Below, piece after piece: positions 23,416 to 32,984 of a stretch of DNA of 64,000 nucleotides. Source of the DNA: Deltaproteobacteria bacterium (lineage in GTDB: Bacteria; Desulfobacterota; Syntrophorhabdia; Syntrophorhabdales; JANXAF01); NCBI GenBank assembly GCA_026417175.1, contig JAOADT010000011.1, positions 2,214 to 66,213 on the forward strand, given 5' to 3'. Numbering within the stretch: position 1 is the first letter of the stretch; every line of letters begins with the position of its first letter. The translations under genes were made by a program, and so were the position numbers. The notes under the pieces are model-generated. The model was not told the DNA's origin. It saw only the letters and a program-made list of their open reading frames with translations, and ran no database searches.

Positions 23416-24849
23416 TTAACTTCCTCCTTTCTGTCCGGATAGGATAGGCAATTTTACAGAGAATACACTTCCTTTATGGGGTGTACTTTTCACTTCTATT
23501 TTACCGTTATGAGCTTCTGCTATCCACTTGCTTATGGAAAGTCCAAGTCCCACCCCTGTTTCTCTTTTTCTCGATTTGTCCGCTCTGTAAAATCTATCGA
23601 AAATATATTTAATGTCATTTTCAGATATTCCTATACCTGTATCTTTTATGTCAATCCTGGCATACCCATCCTCAACGGAACTTCTAATCTCAACGGTTCC
23701 ACCAGGATTAGTATATTTTATTCCGTTCTCAATAATGTTGATGAACATCCTTCTTAGCTTCAATTCATCACCTTCCACACAAATGTCATCTAAATTCCCT
23801 ATCTCAAGTTCCACACCCTTCTGTTGAGCATACATTTTCATATCCAGACATATGTCAGTTAGAAGATCTTGGAGGATAACAGGTTCCTTTGCAATAGGCA
23901 TATTTTTATTTTCTGCTTTGGAAAGAAAAAGAAGATCATCGATTATTTTTGTCATTCTATTTATCTCCTCGAGATTGCTTTTTAGAATCCTCTTGTATTC
24001 CTCTTTATCTCTTTCCTTTCTAAGAGCGACTTCCGTTTCTCCCTTTAGAATAGCTAGCGGGGTTTTCAACTCGTGGGATACATCTGTACTAAACTGGTTT
24101 ATTCTTTGGAATGATTCTCTGAGCCTGTCAATCATTTCATTGAAAGTCTCTGCTAGTTTACCAAGTTCGTCTCTTCTTCCACCTACATCTATTCTCTCCT
24201 CTAAATTGCTTGAAGATATTTTTATTGCTGCCTTTCTAATCTGATCAACAGGTTTGAGACTTTTTTTTGCGAGAAAATATCCTCCTATAAGTGTAAGAAA
24301 AAGTGTAGTCGGAATGCTTATTAACATCACCATCATAAGCTTCGTCAGTGATTCGTCGAATTCTTCCAGAGACGTGCCTACTTGAACTATACTCACTACT
24401 TTTCCATTTTCTTTTATAGGTAAAGTGATGATCCTTAACCTGTTGCCTTTTTCTCCGATAGTTTCGTATGAAATCTCACCAGAGAAAGCCTTTTCGAGAG
24501 ATCTATAACTTACTGCCGGCAACGTTTGGGTTTCAAGATCACTCATCTTTGCCCCAATCTTTCCAGAAGCGTCAAGAATTTGGATAAATTTTCCCTTAGG
24601 TTTTCTTCCAAAAACATTTTCTAAGTACCTCTCAAAGTTTCCGAAAATCGTGGGTGCGTTGGTATCGACTATGGATGATGAAAGGACATCAGCTATCGAC
24701 TTAAGTTTCATGTCTATGCTATGTTCTAAGCTATTCCTGAAATAAATATAAACCCATATCGAGAAAACGATTAAAACTAACGCCAGAATAGATCCGTACC
24801 AAAGAGCCAGTTTCCATTTTATAGGCAGATCCATTCTACTAATCTTCAT
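23416..24849 (-). CDS. HAMP-domain sensor histidine kinase (CusS/heavy-metal-sensor-like architecture)
   Basis: Two TM helices, HAMP, H-box SHELKTPL, NGIKY, DTGIG, FDRFYR, GLGLSI. Confidence 0.93.
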   Translation of the reverse strand: MKISRMDLPIKWKLALWYGSILALVLIVFSIWVYIYFRNSLEHSIDMKLKSIADVLSSSIVDTNAPTIFGNFERYLENVFGRKPKGKFIQILDASGKIGAKMSDLETQTLPAVSYRSLEKAFSGEISYETIGEKGNRLRIITLPIKENGKVVSIVQVGTSLEEFDESLTKLMMVMLISIPTTLFLTLIGGYFLAKKSLKPVDQIRKAAIKISSSNLEERIDVGGRRDELGKLAETFNEMIDRLRESFQRINQFSTDVSHELKTPLAILKGETEVALRKERDKEEYKRILKSNLEEINRMTKIIDDLLFLSKAENKNMPIAKEPVILQDLLTDICLDMKMYAQQKGVELEIGNLDDICVEGDELKLRRMFINIIENGIKYTNPGGTVEIRSSVEDGYARIDIKDTGIGISENDIKYIFDRFYRADKSRKRETGVGLGLSISKWIAEAHNGKIEVKSTPHKGSVFSVKLPILSGQKGGS

Positions 24850-25510
24850 CTTTGAGTACGTAACCTAGTCCCCTGATTGTATGGATATAACGTTTTTTTG
24901 TTAAAGGATCCATCTTTTTTCTAAGAAAATTCACATATACATCCACTATGTTTGTAGACCCCATTTTTACGCCCCATACGTAAGTAGCTATTTCATCTCT
25001 GGTGAGAGGTTTTTCTTTATTTTTTAACATGTACTCTAAAATCATAAACTCCTTTTCAGTGAGTTCCACTTCTTTGGATTGTACGATCAATTTTCTTGCG
25101 TAGGGGTCTAACTTAAGCTCCTTATACTCTACAATTCTTGAATCTCTCATTTTACTTCTCCTCAGAAGAGCCCTCATTCTAGCAAGAAGTTCTTCAAAGG
25201 AGAAGGGTTTTGTGAGATAATCATCACTTCCCAGGTCAAGACCCTTTACCACATCTTCTTTTGATGTTTTTGCGGTTATTATGAGAACGGGGGTTTCTAT
25301 ACCCTTTTTTCTCATAAGTCTTAGAACTTCAAGACCGTCTATCTCAGGGATCATAAGATCAAGAAGCACTATGTCGTATGTCTTTGTGGATAATAGATCT
25401 AAACCTGTTTTTCCGTCTGAGGCTATGTCGACTTCATATCCTTCCTCTTCAAGACCCTTCCTCATAAGCTCGCATAATTTTTCCTCATCCTCAATGAGAA
25501 GTACTTTCAC
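24839..25510 (-). CDS. OmpR/PhoB-family response regulator
   Basis: LLIEDE, LLDLMIP.IDG, DDYLTKPF, winged helix NIVDVYVNFLRKK..TIRGLGY; GTG start. Confidence 0.95.
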   Translation of the reverse strand: MKVLLIEDEEKLCELMRKGLEEEGYEVDIASDGKTGLDLLSTKTYDIVLLDLMIPEIDGLEVLRLMRKKGIETPVLIITAKTSKEDVVKGLDLGSDDYLTKPFSFEELLARMRALLRRSKMRDSRIVEYKELKLDPYARKLIVQSKEVELTEKEFMILEYMLKNKEKPLTRDEIATYVWGVKMGSTNIVDVYVNFLRKKMDPLTKKRYIHTIRGLGYVLKDED

Positions 25511-25517
25511 AAGGATT

Positions 25518-25562
25518 ATTATATCATTTTCAATTGAAAAAATCTCAAAGATACCGGATACT
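25518..25562. promoter_or_regulatory. Compact divergent promoter region with a 14-bp palindrome TTTTCAATTGAAAA (25527-25540)
   Basis: Minus strand: TGaTATAAT (25526-25518), 7 nt before GTG 25510. Plus strand: TTGAAA (25534-25539)-17-GATACT (25557-25562), 7 nt before ATG 25570. Confidence 0.55.
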
Positions 25563-25569
25563 TTAAGCT

Positions 25570-26319
25570 ATGGAAAAAATTTCAGACGGAAGCTACGTAG
25601 TAATCATCTACAGAGACAGAAAGTATCTAAAAAAGGTCAAGAAAGGAGATTTATTTTCGGGAAAGGGTGGGAATATTCCGTACGATGAGATAATCGGTAG
25701 AGATTTCGGTATAAAGTACGGAGAGTATCTTATATTCAAGCCAACCATCGAAGATGTAGTTATGTTAGGTATCAAGCGGGAGACTCAGATTGTCTATCCA
25801 AAGGATGGCTTTTACATATGTATGAAATTAAATTTAAAAAACGGATCAAAATTGCTAGAAATAGGTACAGGAAGTGGTGCGCTTACACTTCTTTTTTCCC
25901 GAGCATGCGGTCCAAACGGAAAAGTTGTGAGTTTGGAGAAGGAGGAGAGGCATTACAAAAATGCTAAGCGGAACCTTGAAACTTATTGTGAACTCAAAAA
26001 CGTGGCACTCATACTGGGGGATGTGACCAACTGCAGAGAAAAGGAGTTCGACGCCTGTTTTGTAGATGTTCGTGAGCCCTGGTCACTTATGCAGTATGTA
26101 AGGGAGTCCTTAAAACCCAGTGGAATCTTTGGTACAATTATTCCCACCACAAATCAGATTTCGGATACCCTAAAGGGCCTCCAGGATGGATTTGGTGATA
26201 TTGAAGTTATGGAGATATTATTAAGAAAATATAAAACCCTACCTGAGCGAGTGAGACCGTTTGACAGAATGGTAGCCCACACTGGATATTTGGTTTTCGC
26301 TAGAAAGGTCAAAGAATGA
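25570..26319 (+). CDS. trmI: tRNA (adenine-58-N1)-methyltransferase, GCD14/TrmI family
   Basis: KRETQIVYPKD, LEIGTGSGALT, DVREPW, PTTNQ, RP..RMVAHTGYLVFARK. Confidence 0.9.
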   Translation: MEKISDGSYVVIIYRDRKYLKKVKKGDLFSGKGGNIPYDEIIGRDFGIKYGEYLIFKPTIEDVVMLGIKRETQIVYPKDGFYICMKLNLKNGSKLLEIGTGSGALTLLFSRACGPNGKVVSLEKEERHYKNAKRNLETYCELKNVALILGDVTNCREKEFDACFVDVREPWSLMQYVRESLKPSGIFGTIIPTTNQISDTLKGLQDGFGDIEVMEILLRKYKTLPERVRPFDRMVAHTGYLVFARKVKE

Positions 26320-26959
26320 TAAACCGTCTTATATAAGCTACTATTTCTTCAATGTCGTCCATCACCCTGAAGATGTTTAAATCTTCAGGACATATGGCGT
26401 TTGACTTAACTAGAGTATTTTTTATCCATTCCACAAGACCGCCCCAATATTCAGAATCTACAAGGACAACAGGGAATGGCTTCACTTTTCTGGTTTGAAT
26501 TAAAGTTATTGCCTCAAAACACTCGTCCAATGTGCCGAACCCGCCAGGCATTATAATATAGGCCACTGCGTACTTTATAAACATTACTTTGCGTACAAAA
26601 AAGTACCTGAAATTTAGTCTCACATTTGCGTAGGGATTAGGCTTCTGTTCTAATGGCAATTCGATGTTAAGGCCAACAGATTTTACTCCAGCATCGCGTG
26701 CTCCCTTGTTTGCAGCTTCCATCACACCTCCACCGCCTCCTGTGATAATATTGAACCCATTTTTTCCAAGTAATCTAGCCAGCTGGTACGTTTTATTGTA
26801 AATCGGGTCATCCTTTTTGCATCTTGCACTTCCAAAGATGCTCACGGCAGGATATATGTCCGAAAGATTTTCAAAGCCTTCCACAAACTCGGCCATTATT
26901 CGAAACAGTCTCCATGTGTCCTTAAGTGTTATCTCGTCTATTAGGTACTGTTTTTCCAT
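26309..26959 (-). CDS. LOG-family (TIGR00730) nucleotide phosphoribohydrolase
   Basis: VSIFGSAR, TGGGGGVMEAANKGA, FRYFFVRKVMF, PGGFGTLDE. Confidence 0.92.
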   Translation of the reverse strand: MEKQYLIDEITLKDTWRLFRIMAEFVEGFENLSDIYPAVSIFGSARCKKDDPIYNKTYQLARLLGKNGFNIITGGGGGVMEAANKGARDAGVKSVGLNIELPLEQKPNPYANVRLNFRYFFVRKVMFIKYAVAYIIMPGGFGTLDECFEAITLIQTRKVKPFPVVLVDSEYWGGLVEWIKNTLVKSNAICPEDLNIFRVMDDIEEIVAYIRRFIIL

Positions 26960-27001
26960 CTAACTAACCCCTTTTCACTTGAGAATTTTTAGCATGCCGT
27001 T

Positions 27002-27031
27002 ATATTATTAAACAAGTTTTGGGCCTGTCAA
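27002..27031 (-). promoter_or_regulatory. Putative sigma70 promoter for the LOG gene (TTGACA-18-TAATAT)
   Basis: Plus-strand tgtcaa at 27026-27031 and atatta at 27002-27007. Confidence 0.45.
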
Positions 27032-27072
27032 TTTAAAATGAAAGTTTACTCAATTCGTGTCAATATTTAAAT

Positions 27073-28011
27073 ATGAGGATAAGTGTTGACATAGGAGGAA
27101 CAAAAATTAGTTTTGGACTTTTAGATGAGAATACTCAATTGCTTTTTTTCGACAAAACCGAGACCGAAAAAGAAAAAGGTTACGAGTTTGTAAGAGATAA
27201 AGTAGTGAATTCTATTTTAAAAATCCTTTCGGCCAATAGCGTAACCATAAAGGACTTAACCCGTATAGGAATCGCATGCGCAGGCCAGATAGATATAAAG
27301 ACCGGAACCGTGAAATTTTCTCCGAACTTAAAATGGCGAGATGCTCCTCTGGGAAAGGATATAGAATCTATTTTTTCGGTAGAGACTTTCGTGGAGAACG
27401 ATGTTAACGCAGCTACATACGGCGAGTGGAAGTTTGCTTTTGGGGCAGAGAGCGAAAATGTTATAGGTGTGTTTTTGGGAACAGGGGTTGGAGGGGGTAT
27501 AATTTTAAACAAGAGAATATATCGGGGATTTAATTTTGTCGGAGGAGAAATTGGGCACATGATCTTGAACCCAGAAGGATATCTATGCAATTGTGGTTCA
27601 AGAGGCTGCTTCGAGGCGGTTTGTGGCGGTGATTATATTATCCGCAGAGTAAGACACCTTATTGCAGAGGGATATAGGGGGAAATTATGGGAACTTGCGA
27701 AGGCAAGCGAAGAAATTCACATGTCACATATAGAGAAAGCCTACTATTTAGGAGATGAGGGGGTAAAAAGGCTATGGGAGGAAGTAATAGAATATCTCGG
27801 ATGCGGTCTAACCAGTTTAGTAAATGTCTTTAACCCTGATTTATTAATAGTTGGCGGAGGTGTCATAAAAGGGACAGAGAGGCTTTTCGCTGAGGCTAAA
27901 AAAATAGTGGAACAAAGAGCGATGCCTGAAAGTAGAAATGGTGTTCGCATTGAGGTAGCAAGATTAGGTGATTGGGCCGCTCTCTTGGGAATTGCAAGTT
28001 TAGATGGGTAA
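27073..28011 (+). CDS. ROK-family sugar kinase (glucokinase-like)
   Basis: DIGGTK, VENDVNAA..GE, GTGVGGG, GEIGH, CNCGSRGCFE; no N-terminal HTH. Confidence 0.9.
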   Translation: MRISVDIGGTKISFGLLDENTQLLFFDKTETEKEKGYEFVRDKVVNSILKILSANSVTIKDLTRIGIACAGQIDIKTGTVKFSPNLKWRDAPLGKDIESIFSVETFVENDVNAATYGEWKFAFGAESENVIGVFLGTGVGGGIILNKRIYRGFNFVGGEIGHMILNPEGYLCNCGSRGCFEAVCGGDYIIRRVRHLIAEGYRGKLWELAKASEEIHMSHIEKAYYLGDEGVKRLWEEVIEYLGCGLTSLVNVFNPDLLIVGGGVIKGTERLFAEAKKIVEQRAMPESRNGVRIEVARLGDWAALLGIASLDG

Positions 28012-28654
28012 AAACATAAGAAGCAGGGAGTATTACTTCACACCCCGTCTAGACATGATAGACATGATTCCAAAAACGGTAGAAAAAGTGCTTGATGTGG
28101 GGTGCGGGGGAGGATGTACGGGGTTGGCTCTTAAACAAACGAAAAATATCCAGGTGGTGGGCATTGAAATAAGGCATGACATTGCTGAATTTGCAAAAAA
28201 AAGTTATGACCTTGTATTGGTAGGGGATGTAGAAAGAATTGACCTTCCGTTTCCACCCAAATATTTCGACTGTATTATATATGGAGACATACTTGAGCAC
28301 TTGATAGATCCTTGGTCTTTACTTAAAAGACACAACGCTTATTTAAAAACTGGTGGCATCATTCTAGTGAGTATTCCAAATGTTAGATACTATAAGGTTT
28401 TAAAAAAACTTATTTTTGTTGGTAGATGGGACTACGTGATGGAAGGAATCTTAGACATAGGTCACCTTCGTTTTTTTACCCTTTCGAATGCGAAAGAGAT
28501 GATAGAGGAAGCCGGGTACAGGATTTTAGAAGTGAGAAAAAAGTTTTCTAAAGCCCAGTGGCTTAAACTGCTTAACTTCTGTTTTATGGGAACATTAAGC
28601 GAGTTTTTGGCAAAACAGTATATTATTTTAGCGGAAAAAGTGCTGGAGGTTTGA
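28004..28654 (+). CDS. Class I SAM-dependent methyltransferase (type often found with glycan genes)
   Basis: VLDVGCGGG, FDCIIYGDILEHLIDP, GILDIGHLRFFT. Confidence 0.85.
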   Translation: MGKNIRSREYYFTPRLDMIDMIPKTVEKVLDVGCGGGCTGLALKQTKNIQVVGIEIRHDIAEFAKKSYDLVLVGDVERIDLPFPPKYFDCIIYGDILEHLIDPWSLLKRHNAYLKTGGIILVSIPNVRYYKVLKKLIFVGRWDYVMEGILDIGHLRFFTLSNAKEMIEEAGYRILEVRKKFSKAQWLKLLNFCFMGTLSEFLAKQYIILAEKVLEV

Positions 28655-28658
28655 CTCC

Positions 28659-29621
28659 TTGCCAAGGGTAACAGTTATTATTCCTAATTATAACGGTAAA
28701 AGACTTCTATCTATATGTCTCGACTCTTTAAGAACCCAAGAATTCCAGGATTTTTCCGTACTAGTAGTTGATAACGGTTCGACTGATAACTCTGTCTGCT
28801 TCCTTAGAGAATTCTATCCTGAGGTAAAAGTGATTGAATTGGAAAAAAATTACGGCTTTTCGTACGCGGTAAACAGAGGGATAGAAGTCTCTACCTCAGA
28901 ATATGTTGCGCTTCTCAACAATGACATGGAAGTAACTCCCGGCTGGCTGAAAGAAATGATAATAGCCCTTGATGAACATCCTGAGGCGTCAGCATGTAAT
29001 CCAAAAGTTTTAAGATACAATGAAAGAAATAGAATAAATGTGCTTGGTATACGTTATAACAGCAATAGCGAAGTAGAAATCATAGGAGCAGGAAAGGAAG
29101 ATAATGGCCAGTACCAGGGAATAAAACAAATCTTTGGAGTAAATGCTGGAGCTTCTCTGTATCGGAGAGAAATCTTTAAGGACATTGGTCTCTTCGATGA
29201 AATTTTTTTCGCCTCGTTCGAAGATGTGGACTTGAGTTTTAGGGCCCAACTTGCAGGATACAAGGCCATCTTTGTTCCGACTGCGGTATCGTATCACATG
29301 ATAGGCGCAACTATAAAGAGGAGACGGTATATTCAGACTTATTTGAATAATAGAAATTCACTTCTATGTTTTCTTAAAAATATGCCGTATGAACTTATGC
29401 TTAGAAATCTATGGTCAGTCCTCAGTTACAGACTATCTATGTTTTTGAAAAGAACATTTCTTAACTTTTATAAGGTCAGAACCTATTATTTTTTAGCAGG
29501 TGTAACCGCCGCTATTACAAGGATTCCGTATGTAATTAAGGCAAGAAAAGAAGTGCAAAAAAAAAGAAGGGTTTCAATTGAATACATCGCTTCAATTATG
29601 GACAGGGATTTCATAGAATGA
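28659..29621 (+). CDS. GT2-family glycosyltransferase (WbbL/rhamnosyltransferase-like)
   Basis: IIPNYNG, VVDNGSTD, NYGFS.AVN.G, LLNND, FEDVDLSFR; TTG start. Confidence 0.9.
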   Translation: MPRVTVIIPNYNGKRLLSICLDSLRTQEFQDFSVLVVDNGSTDNSVCFLREFYPEVKVIELEKNYGFSYAVNRGIEVSTSEYVALLNNDMEVTPGWLKEMIIALDEHPEASACNPKVLRYNERNRINVLGIRYNSNSEVEIIGAGKEDNGQYQGIKQIFGVNAGASLYRREIFKDIGLFDEIFFASFEDVDLSFRAQLAGYKAIFVPTAVSYHMIGATIKRRRYIQTYLNNRNSLLCFLKNMPYELMLRNLWSVLSYRLSMFLKRTFLNFYKVRTYYFLAGVTAAITRIPYVIKARKEVQKKRRVSIEYIASIMDRDFIE

Positions 29622-31012
29622 TACAAAAAACTGTTTGGTTTATTGAGAATAAAGATTTAAGGAATATTTTGGCGAGTCATTGCGGTGAACCTAAGAGGGG
29701 ATACAAAATTATAGAATTAAAAGATGGAAGAAAAATCTTCCTCAAGTCTTTTCGAGAAAAGGGGCTTTTAGGATTTATAAGAAACGTATTTTTCCCAAGA
29801 GGAAAAAAGGAATTTCAGGTATTCAAAAAACTAGCGGACCTTTCCATACCCACCCCTTTAGGTTTTGGATATGGAGTAAGCAGGACAGGATCATTCTCGG
29901 TTTGGGAGTATTTAAGCGGAGAAAGTTATTTAGAAAAGTTTAATACTGTAGGTGATCGCATGCCCCTAATAAAAATGTTAGCCCATTTTCTCAAGGATTT
30001 AAAACTTAAAGGGGTAAGACACGATGATCTTCATCTAGAAAATATAATCATCTCTAATGACCGGCCGGTACTTGTAGATTTGCACAAAGTCAAAGTAAAG
30101 AAGGAAATAAACAGAAAAGAAGAGATATCAAACATTTCCCATGCTTTACATATGGTCTATAATGAGATGAACGAAAAAGAGAAAGAGACCTTCTTTAAAT
30201 TTTACGGTGCAACAGACCTTAGGGAGGCTGTGGAAAGTAAAATTGAGGCTTTAAGAGAACATTGGATAAAAAGAAAAGTTAAAAGAGCATTTCGTAAAAC
30301 ATCTATCGTGTCCGTGAAAGACTGTTTTAGATTTATCAAAGGATTCGAAGAGATAACTGAAGGAAGATATTTACTTACCTTAAAGAAGGACAAGAAAGTT
30401 GACGTAATAAGATATGAGAACTGTGTAAAGAAGATTTACAAAAGTAAAATGAGATTAAAAAAAGCATGGATAAATAGTGTCGTTCTAGAGTATATGAAGC
30501 TAAAAATAACGCCTCAAATTTTTGCAGCGAGAATCCCAAATTTTTTATCAAAAGGCTTTATTCTTATGGAGGATCTTACTGAAAAAGGGGAGGAACTGGA
30601 TAGGTACCTTGATGGAAGGTACGAAAGTCTGAAATACTCGGAAAGAAAATTCTTTTTAAAGAGAATTTCCACTTTCTTTTTAGAAATGTTAAAACATGGT
30701 GTGTTTCATAGAGATTTGAAAGGATGCAATGTTTTTGTCACAGCTGATAAAACATTTTATCTTCTCGATGTTGAGGATATAGAATTCAAAAAAGTTGGGA
30801 TAGAAGACGTTGTTCGCATGCTTACAAAACTGAACAATACTATCCCTAAAAAAATCTATGTTAAAGACCGCTTAAAATTTGTTGCGTCTCTTAGGACATT
30901 TTCTAAAAATGAAAAAAGAGAGATCTGGAAAAGAGTAGCTGAAAAAGCAAAGAGGGAAGAAATTGTATACGAAGGTACGCAAGGATTAATTAGGGAAAAA
31001 TGGGAAAGTTAA
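29618..31012 (+). CDS. Tandem two-domain LPS/sugar kinase (WaaP/Kdo/InaA-like kinase fold)
   Basis: Two catalytic-loop motif sets: HDDLHLENI...LVDLH and HRDLKGCNV...LLDVE. Confidence 0.75.
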   Translation: MIQKTVWFIENKDLRNILASHCGEPKRGYKIIELKDGRKIFLKSFREKGLLGFIRNVFFPRGKKEFQVFKKLADLSIPTPLGFGYGVSRTGSFSVWEYLSGESYLEKFNTVGDRMPLIKMLAHFLKDLKLKGVRHDDLHLENIIISNDRPVLVDLHKVKVKKEINRKEEISNISHALHMVYNEMNEKEKETFFKFYGATDLREAVESKIEALREHWIKRKVKRAFRKTSIVSVKDCFRFIKGFEEITEGRYLLTLKKDKKVDVIRYENCVKKIYKSKMRLKKAWINSVVLEYMKLKITPQIFAARIPNFLSKGFILMEDLTEKGEELDRYLDGRYESLKYSERKFFLKRISTFFLEMLKHGVFHRDLKGCNVFVTADKTFYLLDVEDIEFKKVGIEDVVRMLTKLNNTIPKKIYVKDRLKFVASLRTFSKNEKREIWKRVAEKAKREEIVYEGTQGLIREKWES

Positions 31013-32001
31013 AAATCGCATTTTTTATTCAGGGTCAAAATGTGGCAGCGAGTAGACTCCGAGTTCTTCAATATCTTCCACATTTAAGAGAACTTGACAT
31101 AGAACCTCTTGTAACAGAGTATCCAAAAAGTATCGTTAGCTGGGTAAGGATGCTAAAGTTGCTCCGGCACCATGACGGAGTATTTTTTCAGAGAAAGAGA
31201 CCCCCCCTATTTTTTTTGGCCTTAATCAAGGCAATGCGAAAGAAAGTAATATTTGACTTTGATGATGCAATAATGTTCAAAAACTCACTTTCAAAAAATC
31301 CATACTCTTTAAGAAGAAAAATGAGTTTCAAAAGGATAATGCGCTTTTCAGATTTGGTTATAGCTGGAAATAGCTTTCTCAGGGAGGAAGCTTTACGGTA
31401 CAACAAAAATGTTCAAGTTTTACCTACGCCTATTAACGGCACGAAGTACTATATGAAGCCTCAGAATAGTGGAACTGAGGTCATACTAGGGTGGATTGGT
31501 GGCCATGTAAGTATACACTATCTTGAAAGCTACAAGGAGGTTTGGGAAGAGATAGGGAGACGGTTCAAAAATGTAAGTCTCACAATTATATGTGACACTT
31601 TTATCCAGACGAATTTCATAAAAATAAATTTTGTTCCCTGGAGTGTAGAGACAGAGGTCGAAGAGCTTTCTAAGATAGACATAGGAATTATGCCACTTTT
31701 TGAGGACATGTGGTCGAGAGGTAAATGTGGTTTTAAAATAATTCAGTATCTCGGTATGGGCATCCCCTGTGTATGCACACCCGTAGGAATAAACAGAGAT
31801 ATCGTTCAAGATGGTGTGGAGGGATTCTGGGCAACTACCAAAGAGGAATGGGTTGACAAAATATCAATTCTCGTTCAAGATCCGCAGTTAAGGAGACAAA
31901 TGGGAGAAAGAGGAAGACAAAAGGTACTTAGAGATTATACAGTTGAAGTTTGCGCTCCAAAGCTTGCCAGATACATCCAATCCTTATTTTTTGGGACTTA
32001 A
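31000..32001 (+). CDS. GT4-family glycosyltransferase
   Basis: SRLRV.QY, FDFDDAI, GWIG, DIGIMPL..D.WSRGKCGFKIIQY, PVGIN. Confidence 0.88.
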   Translation: MGKLKIAFFIQGQNVAASRLRVLQYLPHLRELDIEPLVTEYPKSIVSWVRMLKLLRHHDGVFFQRKRPPLFFLALIKAMRKKVIFDFDDAIMFKNSLSKNPYSLRRKMSFKRIMRFSDLVIAGNSFLREEALRYNKNVQVLPTPINGTKYYMKPQNSGTEVILGWIGGHVSIHYLESYKEVWEEIGRRFKNVSLTIICDTFIQTNFIKINFVPWSVETEVEELSKIDIGIMPLFEDMWSRGKCGFKIIQYLGMGIPCVCTPVGINRDIVQDGVEGFWATTKEEWVDKISILVQDPQLRRQMGERGRQKVLRDYTVEVCAPKLARYIQSLFFGT

Positions 32002-32465
32002 TATCCTATCTTTCGTCTCCAATCTGGTTCAAATTCCTCATCAAAGAATTTTTCGAGTTTCTTTAGTATCTTCCTCCATCCGGATTCATATTCAGTAGTT
32101 AAGACATCTTTTAGAAACGGCACTATCTCTCCTAGTTTGTTCTTTGGTAGGTAAGCCCTTGCCTTCATATCGTAAGATTTTTTCAGCGAATCTGCATTTA
32201 AAGAGTGAGCGGTAAGCATTACAACTTTTAGATTTTTCTTGACTGCCATATCTAGAAGATCGAAACCTCTTACCCCCATTATGTCAAGTATAACTATGTC
32301 ATAATCATTTTTCTCAAGCTTTTCTTTTGCCTCTTCGAAAGTAGTCGCTTCATCAAACTGGCAAGTCTCGCACGCATCAAGTATCTCTTCTTTTAATACT
32401 TGTAAGACATCGGGTTCATCGTCTACAGCAAGGATTTTTTTTCCGTCAAGTATGGGCTCCTTCAT
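31998..32465 (-). CDS. Stand-alone receiver-domain response regulator
   Basis: ILAVDDEPD, VILDIMGVRG, MLTAH, YLPK; no DNA-binding output domain; AGGAGG SD. Confidence 0.88.
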   Translation of the reverse strand: MKEPILDGKKILAVDDEPDVLQVLKEEILDACETCQFDEATTFEEAKEKLEKNDYDIVILDIMGVRGFDLLDMAVKKNLKVVMLTAHSLNADSLKKSYDMKARAYLPKNKLGEIVPFLKDVLTTEYESGWRKILKKLEKFFDEEFEPDWRRKIGY

Positions 32466-32525
32466 ACAATCCCTCCTTCTTTTTGATCATACAAGCATAT
32501 AACATAGAATTAGGCCTAATGTAAA

Positions 32526-32984
32526 TTAAAAGATTACGGATCTGAAGGCAATAACGTTTTTAGCCCAATATGCAGACCTAAGAGTATCCACACCCACACC
32601 CTTTAATTTCGAGGCATGAATAAACTCCTCTTTACTTATCATTATACCAGCGTGTAACTCTTTTTGAATTTTAAAGAATACTAAATCTCCAGGAGTCACA
32701 TTTTCCTTTGAAATTTCCATACCTGTTTTTATGAGTTTTTCTGTGGAAAGCGGTAAAGCGATATTTACACTCCTAAAAACATAGTGAATCAGACCACTAC
32801 AATCAAATGCGTCTGGCCCTTTCCCTCCGAATAAGTAAGGTTTACCTATTAAGGATACAGAAATCTCAACTACCCTGCTCCTTATTTCTTCCACATTTTT
32901 GTATACTCTCACCTTTTTCGGGGCACAGGACGAAAATCCCAAAATGATAATCAAAAAGGTTAAAAAGCAAATGGGTTTCTTCAT
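32526..32984 (-). CDS. NlpC/P60 (C40) cell-wall peptidase lipoprotein
   Basis: Lipobox-like FSSC; GKPYLFGG, FDCSG, HAGI, FIHAS. Confidence 0.9.
   Translation of the reverse strand: MKKPICFLTFLIIILGFSSCAPKKVRVYKNVEEIRSRVVEISVSLIGKPYLFGGKGPDAFDCSGLIHYVFRSVNIALPLSTEKLIKTGMEISKENVTPGDLVFFKIQKELHAGIMISKEEFIHASKLKGVGVDTLRSAYWAKNVIAFRSVIF

Noticed and set aside
27026-27071. Imperfect direct repeats TGTCAAT..TTAAA between the LOG and ROK genes
   Set aside because: Explained by -35/-10-like elements of divergent promoters; too weak to call an operator.
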